The notes under the pieces are model-generated. The model searched no databases. It worked only from the letters and a program-made list of their open reading frames with translations, and was not told the DNA's origin. The position numbers were made by a program, and so were the translations under genes. From contig CAZQTQ010000001.1 of the NCBI GenBank assembly GCA_964596025.1, positions 1-45,099 of the forward strand: a DNA stretch of 45,099 nucleotides. The letters are read 5' to 3'. Each line of letters opens with the position of its first letter. The first letter of the stretch is position 1. Below are positions 32,370 to 40,162 of this stretch, one piece after another. This stretch comes from an uncultured Rickettsiales bacterium. Its GTDB lineage: Bacteria; Myxococcota_A; UBA796; UBA9615.

Positions 32370-34237
32370 TCGAGGTCTTCGAACAGCGCCTGTGCATCGA
32401 CACGGAAGGTCCCGTTGGGCCCGGCGAGGAGCAGCGTCGAGGAGTTCTCCGCCAGCAGCGACCGTACCTGGCCGCCCAAGCGCAGCCGCAAGACGGACTC
32501 GCCCGTGTCCAAGCGACGGAAGTTCACCGCTGGCTCGAGCAACGAGGCCGTCGCGAGCAGGTCCTGCCCCGGGAGAGAGAGCACTACGCCCGCCCGAACC
32601 CCAAAGCCAACCCGCCACAAGCCAAGCACCGACAGGCTGGCTGCGTCGAGGACCAGGATGGACGAACTTCGGGGACGGAAAGCCAGCAAGCGCTGGTTCA
32701 CCGAATCCAAGAGGAGAGAGGCTATCCCCGACCCCACCGCACGGTCCTCCCGAACCAGCCCGTTGCTGGGATCGATGGCGAGGAGCGAAGTCCCCCACTG
32801 CTCGTGCAGCGAGTAGAGGAGGTCTCCTTCCAACCACAGGCCAGGGGCCTCGTCCCAGCGATCGCCGAGCGGCGCCAAGGCAGTATCGAAGGCGAGGCCG
32901 AAGAGGTCCTCCACCGCACCACTGTGAAGGTCCAAGGCATAGACTCGGTGGCTGCCCTCGCAGTTCGCAAGCGCGCGGCCACGGCTTCGATCCTCCGCCA
33001 CGCCCCGGACCCGGCACGGGATCGGCGAGGGACCCGGGCGGATCTGACCGCTTCCGGTGTCGACGAGCAGCGGCTGGGTGTGGCTGGGATCCAGGCCCAT
33101 TGACCCGTCCGCCGCATCACCGGGCGCAAAAGCCCAGAAGCGCCCGCTCTGGGCGGTGGCGACGAGGAAGGAGGCGAGGCCATCGGTCGGAGGCGACCGC
33201 AGGGGGAAAGGCTCGCTCTCGGCGGCGTCCAGGGGATAGACCTCCACAAAGGGCGGATCCGGCTCAGTCAGAGCGAGCAAGCCCCCGGGGCCCAGGGCCA
33301 TCGTGGCCGGTGAGCAATGATCGGCCACAAGCTCTACTCCGGCAGCGTCCCGATCGGGGGCAGCTTGAAAGTCCGCGACGACGGCGAGCGAAAGGGCAGC
33401 AGCAGAGGCAAGACCGGCTGCCGCCCAAGACAGCCCCCCCGAGGCGAGCCCCTCGTCGAGGCGGGGAAGAGCGGGGAAGCTCAGGTCTCGCAGGCGCGCG
33501 ATTCCGGACAGGCCGAGGACAAGCAAGCCAGCCGAGGCCGCGCCCACCTCCCAGCCGAGCACAAGGCCCCGACCCATTCCAAGCAGTGCGGCGACCGACA
33601 GAAGGACGAGGACCCGTCGCCTGAGCCCGGAACGCAGGGCTTGGGCGGAGAGGAGGAGGCCGAGACAGCCCGCCAGCGGAAGTACGGCCCAGAGAACAAT
33701 CGGCGGTCCCGGAGGGCAATCTCCGGGGTACCAAGGAAGACTGTGCGCATCGCCGAAGAGAAACACACGCAGCAGCCATGGCAGGCCAAAGGCCGCGCCG
33801 ACCGTAGCTACGAGCCAGAGACGCTGCGAGCCTGAGTCGGGCCGGGTTGGCAGGGGGGAGACCCTGGGCCACAGAACGCCCAGGCCAAGCAGCACGATGA
33901 GCCACAGCGGCCGGATGAGAAGCCCGACTGCGACCAAGCCCAGGACGGACCCCCACTGCAGAGCGCCGAGCAAGCCGGAGCAGAGGCGGGAAAGGGGCTG
34001 AGCCCAGGGGGTCTCAGGGAGCCGTCGAGCACCAACTATGAGGCCGAGGACACAGGCGAGGAGGAGACCGGCCGAGACCACCGGCTGGTCGTCGATCTGC
34101 TGCGCCCAGTCGAGGACAGCCGTCCAGAGCCAGCCTTCGACCGTCGCCAAGCCGGGTTGAAAGCCAAGCCCGGCGCTGTGGCCCACAAGCGCAGCCGCCC
34201 CCGCGAGAAGGAGCAGTCGCAGCGGGCGGGGGTCCAT
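32363..34237 (-). CDS. Polytopic membrane protein with a C-terminal beta-propeller-like domain (paralog B)
   Basis: ATG 34237 lies 8 nt after the upstream stop, with GAGGG between them. The N-terminus is MDPRPLRLLLLAGAAALV, followed by ~300 aa of TM helices and then beta-rich repeats (SLLAIDPSNG, ILVLDAASL, LLLAGPNGTFRVD). The 55 N-terminal residues of the track ORF overlap the upstream gene. Confidence 0.75.
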   Translation of the reverse strand: MDPRPLRLLLLAGAAALVGHSAGLGFQPGLATVEGWLWTAVLDWAQQIDDQPVVSAGLLLACVLGLIVGARRLPETPWAQPLSRLCSGLLGALQWGSVLGLVAVGLLIRPLWLIVLLGLGVLWPRVSPLPTRPDSGSQRLWLVATVGAAFGLPWLLRVFLFGDAHSLPWYPGDCPPGPPIVLWAVLPLAGCLGLLLSAQALRSGLRRRVLVLLSVAALLGMGRGLVLGWEVGAASAGLLVLGLSGIARLRDLSFPALPRLDEGLASGGLSWAAAGLASAAALSLAVVADFQAAPDRDAAGVELVADHCSPATMALGPGGLLALTEPDPPFVEVYPLDAAESEPFPLRSPPTDGLASFLVATAQSGRFWAFAPGDAADGSMGLDPSHTQPLLVDTGSGQIRPGPSPIPCRVRGVAEDRSRGRALANCEGSHRVYALDLHSGAVEDLFGLAFDTALAPLGDRWDEAPGLWLEGDLLYSLHEQWGTSLLAIDPSNGLVREDRAVGSGIASLLLDSVNQRLLAFRPRSSSILVLDAASLSVLGLWRVGFGVRAGVVLSLPGQDLLATASLLEPAVNFRRLDTGESVLRLRLGGQVRSLLAENSSTLLLAGPNGTFRVDAQALFEDLDQ

Positions 34238-34245
34238 GCCTACCC

Positions 34246-36252
34246 TCACCGCCCTCTCCCTAGCCACGTCCCGAGATCCAGCCGCATCAAGCCGCACTGG
34301 CTCCAAAACACGGCCTGGCTTCGCCGCGGATCCACGGCGATGTCTTTGACGTGGCCACCGACATGAAGGGCCGCGACCTGCTCGTGCGTCTCCAAGTCCC
34401 AAGCCCGCAGTTGACCGTCATAGACACTGCTTCCCAAGAGGACGCCGTCGGAAGGGGCAAGGGCTACCGCTCGCGCCCCGAGCCCTGTGGGGAGGCTCCC
34501 CGTCTTGCGCAGCGTCTGAGCGTCCACCACGTGAATACGGGAGGCGTAGTAGGCCGGAACGTAGAGCAGTTCCCGATCGGCATCGAGAACCACGTCGTAG
34601 TTGAAGCCCCCCAACCGCACCGCCCCATCAACACTTCTGTCGGAGCGGCGCAGTCGGGTCAAGGCGTCGCTCTCCCACAGCGAGACCACATAGAAGCGGT
34701 CGCGCTCGGGCCGTGGATCCACCGCAATGCCCGAGATATCGCCCACGGCCTCGGGGACGGGCCACTGCTCCGTCGAATCGGGTCCCTCCCGCAGGGTGTT
34801 CAGGCCCGGTCGGTACTCCCAGCCCAAGAGGGCCTGCTGGCCGACCGGATCCCAGCCCAGACGCGAGACCCAGCACAACCCATCGAGTACGAAGGCCCGC
34901 TGAACCGCAGCGCCTTCGGCGTCGACTTCCACCACCACCGAGCCGAAGTCGCCCGCCTCCTCGCAGGCCCCAGCAGCCGAGAGGCCCCGCCCGCTGCCGT
35001 CGAAGTCCTGCGGGGTGACGAGGACGGCAAGGAAACGGTCCCGAACCGGGTCGTAGAGAATTTCTTCGGGAGGACCGAGCAGCTCGCTGGCCGGTCCCCC
35101 AGTCCCCCCAGGATGAGAGGCGGCGGGCCCCGGCGGAACCCGTTCCGCCTCGCCCACCGCCGGCTGCAAGCGAATCCGAGCCAACTCGGCGGTCTGCCGC
35201 AGCGAGAGAAGCGCGAGCCCGCCGTCCCGCCCCAGCTCCACCCGAAAGGCCTCGGGCACATTCGCGATGCGCTCCAAAGGACCCGCGGGGTCCAGCGGAG
35301 GACACAAGAGCATCCGACCGGCGTAGGCCTGGCCGATCAGAACCCCACCCAAGACCACTGGCAGGAGCGCAGCCCGGAGCGCGAACTGGCTGAGCGGATA
35401 GGGTCCCGACGGGCGGGCAAGGAGCCAGGGGCCCAGGACGTCGGCAGCGAGAGTCCCCAACGCCAAGACGGCAAGGGCGAGACCGACAGGAGCGTCGTCA
35501 CCCAAGAACAACCGCATTCCCAGGATCGCCGCCACGCCCAAGGAAAGAGCCGGCCCGACGGCCATGGCGAGCGCAGCCGGACCGCCGCGATGGCTCAGGC
35601 CCCGGCCCAGGAGGAGCGCGGCTCCAAGAAGAACTGTGGCGAAGAAGAGGACATTCAGGGGAAGGTGTCCGGCCCGCGTCCATCGCCCCAGAGCGGTCAG
35701 AAGCGGGTAGCCGGGCTCGGTCATGAGAAGAAGGTGGAGGTAGCGCAGGGCGACAATCAGCGCCGCGACCGAGGCGGACCACAGCACCATCCGCAGGCGG
35801 GGGCGCAAAGATGCCCAGAACCTCGGCAGAACCGAGCCACTGCGGCCAAGTACAAAGAAGGCGACGAGGAGGCCGGAGAAGGTCGCGCGCTCCATGAGGC
35901 CGCCGATCGCCAAGACCACCCCAAGCGGGAGAACGACCCCGGCAGCGAGCAGAACATCGACCAGTCGCTCGAGCCGCGCATCGCGGAGACCGAGCAGGGC
36001 CGCGACCCCAAGGATCAGAGGAGCCGCCACGACCGCTGGGTGACCCGCGTCGACCAGCAGCTTGGGCAGCATGGCCGCCTGGAAGGCCCACCACAGCAAC
36101 CGAGAGGCGCCAGGCAGGTCCCAGGCAAAAACGAGACCCCCCCCCAGCCACGCACAAATGGCGAGCGCGAGCCCGCCCAACGACCGCAGCCACCGGGGGC
36201 TCCGACCGCCTCGCTGTTCATCAAGCGCTGGCCTGTCCTGTCCCTCGTTCAC
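34246..36252 (-). CDS. Polytopic membrane protein with a C-terminal YVTN/YncE-like beta-propeller domain (paralog C); start uncertain
   Basis: TM-rich N-terminal half. C-terminal blades read FYVVSLWESD, LLYVPAYYASRIHVVDAQT, AVALAPSDGVLLGSSVYDGQLRAWDLET and VKDIAVDPRRSQAVFWS. I prefer GTG 36252 because TTG 36363 would overlap the divergent lipoprotein gene. Confidence 0.75.
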   Translation of the reverse strand: MNEGQDRPALDEQRGGRSPRWLRSLGGLALAICAWLGGGLVFAWDLPGASRLLWWAFQAAMLPKLLVDAGHPAVVAAPLILGVAALLGLRDARLERLVDVLLAAGVVLPLGVVLAIGGLMERATFSGLLVAFFVLGRSGSVLPRFWASLRPRLRMVLWSASVAALIVALRYLHLLLMTEPGYPLLTALGRWTRAGHLPLNVLFFATVLLGAALLLGRGLSHRGGPAALAMAVGPALSLGVAAILGMRLFLGDDAPVGLALAVLALGTLAADVLGPWLLARPSGPYPLSQFALRAALLPVVLGGVLIGQAYAGRMLLCPPLDPAGPLERIANVPEAFRVELGRDGGLALLSLRQTAELARIRLQPAVGEAERVPPGPAASHPGGTGGPASELLGPPEEILYDPVRDRFLAVLVTPQDFDGSGRGLSAAGACEEAGDFGSVVVEVDAEGAAVQRAFVLDGLCWVSRLGWDPVGQQALLGWEYRPGLNTLREGPDSTEQWPVPEAVGDISGIAVDPRPERDRFYVVSLWESDALTRLRRSDRSVDGAVRLGGFNYDVVLDADRELLYVPAYYASRIHVVDAQTLRKTGSLPTGLGARAVALAPSDGVLLGSSVYDGQLRAWDLETHEQVAALHVGGHVKDIAVDPRRSQAVFWSQCGLMRLDLGTWLGRGR

Positions 36253-36291
36253 ACAGGGTGAGGGTAGCAGTCTCTGCACTACGGACCTGGC

Positions 36292-36300
36292 TGCTATAGT
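36292..36300 (+). promoter_or_regulatory. Extended -10-like element TGCTATAGT upstream of the PBP lipoprotein gene
   Basis: An AT-rich 9-mer in a GC-rich 100-bp divergent intergenic region, ~53 nt before TTG 36353. There is no good -35. Confidence 0.3.
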
Positions 36301-36352
36301 TGGCCGATTCACCGGGCTGCCCGGGCCGGGCCCTCCCCCGAAGGCTCTCTCC

Positions 36353-37681
36353 TTGCCGACCAAACACCGCTGCTATTGGGTCCTTCTGCTCTTAGGGCTG
36401 GTCCTCGCGGGCTGTCCGCCCGACGAGGGGACCAGCCCGCCGCCCTTCCCGTCCCTCGATCCCGCACCCTCACCGTCCAATCCCGGCGGCACGCCCCCGC
36501 CGGCATCCGGAAGCACCGACTCCAGATCGGCCGCAGCCAGCGGCAGCCAGCCCGGAACTGCCAGCAACGGAGTCCAGTCCAGCGTAAGCTCGCCAACTCC
36601 CCTCCCTGCCGCAGCCCCCGCAACTCAAGAATTGGCACGGGTCTGCCTCATGCTTCCCTCGGCTGGAGCCGCCAAGGACGACGCAGCCGAGATGCGCCGC
36701 GGCATGGCCTTGGCTCAGGCCCGCATCGGACGGGAGAGCTGGCGGACCCGGCGGATCGAGTGGGTGGAACGAGACACACGGTCCACCGAAGCGGGTGCGG
36801 TCGCCGCCTACCACCGCTGCTTCAACGAAGGGTTCTCCATCCTCATCGGCCCGGTGCATCCGGCTGCCGTCACCGCCCTGATGCCGGTAGCTGCGGCCCA
36901 CGACGGCATTGTGCTGGTCCCTGACGTCGGCGCGGCCCTTCCTACCAGTTGGGGCGAGACAACATTTGCCGTAGCCCAACCCTCAACCGAGATGGGCCAC
37001 CTCGGCGCCCGCCACGCACGCATCGATCTCGGTCACGCCCGAGCCATCGTCCTGCACGTCGGCCACGTCTTTGGCGAGAGCCTGGCCCGCTCCTTCAAGA
37101 CCACCTTCGAAGCAGAAGGGGGCCGAGTCCTCTCAACCCGCCCCCTGAATCCCGACAAACCGCAGGCCTGGTCGCGAGCCGCCGAAGAGCTGGTCAAGGC
37201 GCACAAGGCCGACCACATCTTTGTCGTAGGCCCCGCTGCCCCAGCCGAGGCGGTCGCCGATCTCTTAGATCGCCAGTCCTTTGCCGCCGTTCACGTCACG
37301 TTTATCGACTGGGCAATGTTCCCGACCGTGATCCGGGCGGCAGGCCAGAGCAAGCACCGGGTCCACTGGGTCAACCGGCCGCCCCTCGCCGAGAACTTCG
37401 AAGGCCTCTTCCACGCCCGCTACCAAGCCCGGCCCCAGTTCGCAGCCGGGGTAGGCTACGACGCCGTCATCCTGGCGGCAGCAGCGATCGAGTCGGCCCC
37501 CACGCTCCGAAACGAGGACATCCGTCGCGCCCTGACGGGTCTCCGTGGCTTGGAAAGCGCCTTTGGCACCGGCGCAGTCGTCAACGACCGCAACATGGTC
37601 TGGCTCGACGTCGCCGGATTCCGCATAGTTCAGCCGATGCAGGAGCCCGAGTCCGAGACCTGGATCTTCGGAGGGTACTGA
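36353..37681 (+). CDS. Lipoprotein, type-I periplasmic binding protein fold (LivK/LpoA-like); paralog of the C-terminal domain of the 29331-32369 product
   Basis: TTG 36353 gives MPTKHRCYWVLLLLGLVLAG|C, followed by a Pro/Ser-rich linker. RVCLMLPSAGAAKDDAAEMRRGMALAQARIGRESWRTRRIEWVERD...LIGPVHPAAVTALMPVAAAHDGIVLVPD aligns by eye, block for block, with residues from 31330 onward of the fusion. Both proteins end ...GGY/AGY. Confidence 0.8.
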   Translation: MPTKHRCYWVLLLLGLVLAGCPPDEGTSPPPFPSLDPAPSPSNPGGTPPPASGSTDSRSAAASGSQPGTASNGVQSSVSSPTPLPAAAPATQELARVCLMLPSAGAAKDDAAEMRRGMALAQARIGRESWRTRRIEWVERDTRSTEAGAVAAYHRCFNEGFSILIGPVHPAAVTALMPVAAAHDGIVLVPDVGAALPTSWGETTFAVAQPSTEMGHLGARHARIDLGHARAIVLHVGHVFGESLARSFKTTFEAEGGRVLSTRPLNPDKPQAWSRAAEELVKAHKADHIFVVGPAAPAEAVADLLDRQSFAAVHVTFIDWAMFPTVIRAAGQSKHRVHWVNRPPLAENFEGLFHARYQARPQFAAGVGYDAVILAAAAIESAPTLRNEDIRRALTGLRGLESAFGTGAVVNDRNMVWLDVAGFRIVQPMQEPESETWIFGGY

Positions 37682-37751
37682 GCCAAGGAGGCAGCCCCCT
37701 CCCTGGGCTTCAGCCAAACCGACCAATCCCCCTACCGGCTATGCTCGTTCC

Positions 37752-39308
37752 GTGGGATCCCGAAGACCAGGACGCTGGGTGCGCGCCGCAGTGGACCGAC
37801 TGCGCGGAGCCGAGGAGCAACCTACACCCAAGGCGGCCGAAGCCCCCTCCCAAGCGGCGTCCATCTTTCTCGTCAAGACCCCGCCCTGGGACACTCGCCT
37901 GCCGCCCCTCGGCATCGGCTACCTCGCGTCCTATCTCAACCGAAATGGGCACAAAGCCACGGTCTGGGACTGCAACATCGACACCTTCCTCCGCTTCCGC
38001 ATGGACCAAGAGGACCTGTGGGATATGGAAGCAGCCGTCTTCTGGTTCACGGCGGACAAGGTGGCCGAGATCTTCAACCACGAATGTGACGTAGTCGCCC
38101 GACGCATCATCGAGGAGGACACGCCCTATGTCGGCTTCTCGCTGACGATGGAGGGCATCGCCTTCGCCAAGCTCGTCATCGACCGCCTACGCAGGGACGC
38201 TCCGGAGAAGATCGTGTTGGTCGGGGGACCCGGCGTGGCCTTCCCCGAGTTTCGGGCCCAGTTCCCCCGCGGCACGGTGGACCTCTTCGTCGTGGGAGCG
38301 GGGGAGGAGGCACTCCGACTGGTCCTCGACAATCGGATTACACCCGACACCCTCGACCGCAGGGACTTCCCCCAGAGCTTGAAGATCTGGAAAGACCGGG
38401 ATGCGGATCCGGACTGTCCTCCCTGCCTCAGCCACCCCGTCGGGCCCGACGAATTCGAACACCCGAGCTTTGAAGGCTACGATCTCTGCAAGTACCTCGG
38501 CCGCGATCACATCGCACTCATCATGGGACGGGGCTGCTTTCGGTCCTGCGCCTTCTGCTCGGACAAGCCCGACCAGGGAGCCTACCGGGCCCTCGGTTTC
38601 GAGAAAATGCTCCAAGCCATCGCCCTGTACAAGGAGCGCTACTGGATTGGGGGAATCACCTGGAACGATCTCATCCTCAACGGGGACCTCAAGCACCTCG
38701 ACGCGTTTTGCGACGTGTTGCTCGAGAACCAGGTCGAGCTGGTGTGGGACGGCCAGATGACCGCTCACCGGGTCATGAACAAGCGTCCCTGGTTGCTCGA
38801 CAAGATGGCCCGCGCCGGCTGCACGGACCTGACCTACGGCCTGGAGTCCTTCGACGACCAGGTCTTGGCGGTGATGCGCAAGGGCTACGGCCAGGACGTG
38901 GCCGTCGAGGCGCTTCGCATCACCAAGGCCGCGGGCATCACCACCGGCATCAACTTGATCTGCGGTTTCCCCGGCGAGACAGAGGAGCAGTTTCAGAAGA
39001 CCCTCGACGCCCTCGAGGAGCACCGTGCAGTCATCGACCGGGTGACCTCGCTGAGCATCTGTGCCGTGGTCCCAGGATCGCCTCTGTGGACCGAGCACAA
39101 GCGCTTCGGCATTACCCTTCCGCCCAACGGGCGCTTCCACGAATGGGAGACCACAGACGGAAGCAACACCTTGGCCCTGCGCATCGAGCGGCACGCCCGG
39201 ATGCAGGAGAAGGTTCAGGAGTTGGGAATGTCCGCCGTGGTGCAGGCCACCGACGAGTTCAAGCCGGAGGCGCGGGGCGAGGCAGCCGGGGGCGCTACTT
39301 CCGATTGA
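37752..39308 (+). CDS. B12-binding-domain radical SAM protein (class B-like)
   Basis: The N-terminal Rossmann-like B12-binding region reads IFLVKTPPWDTRLPPLGIGYLASYL...VGFSL...IVLVGGPG. The radical SAM cluster motif is GRGCFRSCAFCSD (CX3CX2C). Start could be GTG 37752 or GTG 37779 (AGGA upstream). Confidence 0.85.
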   Translation: MGSRRPGRWVRAAVDRLRGAEEQPTPKAAEAPSQAASIFLVKTPPWDTRLPPLGIGYLASYLNRNGHKATVWDCNIDTFLRFRMDQEDLWDMEAAVFWFTADKVAEIFNHECDVVARRIIEEDTPYVGFSLTMEGIAFAKLVIDRLRRDAPEKIVLVGGPGVAFPEFRAQFPRGTVDLFVVGAGEEALRLVLDNRITPDTLDRRDFPQSLKIWKDRDADPDCPPCLSHPVGPDEFEHPSFEGYDLCKYLGRDHIALIMGRGCFRSCAFCSDKPDQGAYRALGFEKMLQAIALYKERYWIGGITWNDLILNGDLKHLDAFCDVLLENQVELVWDGQMTAHRVMNKRPWLLDKMARAGCTDLTYGLESFDDQVLAVMRKGYGQDVAVEALRITKAAGITTGINLICGFPGETEEQFQKTLDALEEHRAVIDRVTSLSICAVVPGSPLWTEHKRFGITLPPNGRFHEWETTDGSNTLALRIERHARMQEKVQELGMSAVVQATDEFKPEARGEAAGGATSD

Positions 39309-39894
39309 GCTCCAGCTCAACCGTGATGTGCACCTCGTTCCCAACCACCAGTCCACCGGAATCCAGGGTCTTGCTGTAGCTCATCCCAAAATCGGTGCGG
39401 TCTACGACGAAGGTCGCCGAAGCGCCGCTCTTGAAGCCTCCCCAAGGGCTCGCTACCTCGGGCGCAGGGCCCTCGACAGCAGCGGTCACTTCCTTGGTCG
39501 TGCCGTGCAGACTCAGCTTGCCCACAAGTTCGAAGCCGCTACTGGTCACATTCTTCACGCCAGTCGACTCGAACCGCATAGTCGGGAACTGGGCCGCGTC
39601 AAAGAAGTCTTCCGCCAGCAGGTGCTTGTCCCGCTTTGCGTTGTGCGTCTGGATGCTGTCGACGGCGATCTCTATCGCGACCTTCGTGGCCTCCGGAGCC
39701 TTGGGATCGATGGACACCGTGCCGGAGATCGAGCCGAAGGTCCCTCGCACCCAGGACACCATCATGTGGCGGATCTTGAAGGCAACGACGCTGTGGGCTC
39801 CGTCCACACTGTAGTCGGCCGCGTGTGCCGCGGGCGTCGCGAGGAGAAGGCCAAGAGCCAAGGCGGAAAGAGCCCGGTAGGCGGATCGGAACAC
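39295..39894 (-). CDS. yceI: YceI-family periplasmic polyisoprenoid-binding protein
   Basis: YSVDGAHSVVAFKIRHMMVSWVRGTFGSISGTV...HNAKRDKHLLAEDFFDAAQFPTMRFES...GKLSLHGTTKEV is the classic YceI pattern. I chose GTG 39894 because GGAGG lies 5 nt upstream and it gives the signal peptide MFRSAYRALSALALGLLLATPAAHA. The track start is GTG 39915. The 3' end overlaps the convergent radical SAM gene by 14 nt. Confidence 0.85.
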   Translation of the reverse strand: MFRSAYRALSALALGLLLATPAAHAADYSVDGAHSVVAFKIRHMMVSWVRGTFGSISGTVSIDPKAPEATKVAIEIAVDSIQTHNAKRDKHLLAEDFFDAAQFPTMRFESTGVKNVTSSGFELVGKLSLHGTTKEVTAAVEGPAPEVASPWGGFKSGASATFVVDRTDFGMSYSKTLDSGGLVVGNEVHITVELELNRK

Positions 39895-39932
39895 AGAGAC
39901 CTCCGAGTGCAGCACAGGGGTAAGGGCGCCGG

Positions 39933-39941
39933 ACTATAGCA
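39933..39941 (-). promoter_or_regulatory. Extended -10-like element TGCTATAGT upstream of yceI
   Basis: The minus strand reads ACTTGCTATAGTCC, ~39 nt before GTG 39894, and lies within the epimerase relic. Confidence 0.3.
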
Positions 39942-40162
39942 AGTGCGCCAGGCCCTCTTCGGGCGAGGTCGAGGACCGCCAGCCCAGGAGCGATTCCACC
40001 TGCATGCGGTCCCCCGGCAGCCCACAGAGACCTTCGAGCCTCTCAGTGGAGCTCAAGCGACTGAGGTCGCACAAAACGACGTCGTCGTGCCCCTCCCCCA
40101 CCAAGGCCCGCACGAGGTGGGAACCTACAAAGCCGGCTCCCCACCACCACAACGCGGCTCAC
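39934..40162 (-). pseudogene. Relic of an NAD-dependent epimerase/dehydratase (SDR) gene, frameshifted and with most of the body deleted
   Basis: Minus strand from GTG 40162 (GTGA overlap with the upstream stop) reads MSRVVVVG, then shifts frame in a G-run (around 40139-40142) into GAGFVGSHLVRALVGEGHDDVVLCDLSRLSSTERLEGL (Rossmann GxxGxxG N-terminus). It then jumps directly to PGDRMQVESLLGWRSSTSPEEGLAHLL*, the typical extreme C-terminus of GalE/RmlB-like enzymes. Only ~75 codons remain, whereas typical family members have ~300 or more. Confidence 0.6.

Noticed and set aside
34351-36261. 636-aa ORF on the plus strand, opposite membrane/propeller paralog C. ORFs 31511-33103 and 32281-33624 (+) are similar cases.
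   Set aside because: The translations are dominated by Arg/Pro/Gly/Ala runs with no recognisable motifs. That is typical of shadow ORFs in high-GC DNA. The opposite strand gives coherent TM helices and propeller blades, and fits the operon junctions.
36624-36642. TTGGCACGGGTCTGCC as a sigma54 promoter.
   Set aside because: It lies inside the PBP lipoprotein coding sequence, and the -12 GC is displaced by one nucleotide.
37682-37751. A cobalamin riboswitch upstream of the B12-binding radical SAM genes (also 42535-42689).
   Set aside because: The leaders are only ~70 and ~155 nt. I could not see the conserved B12-box or the extensive stem architecture that such riboswitches need.
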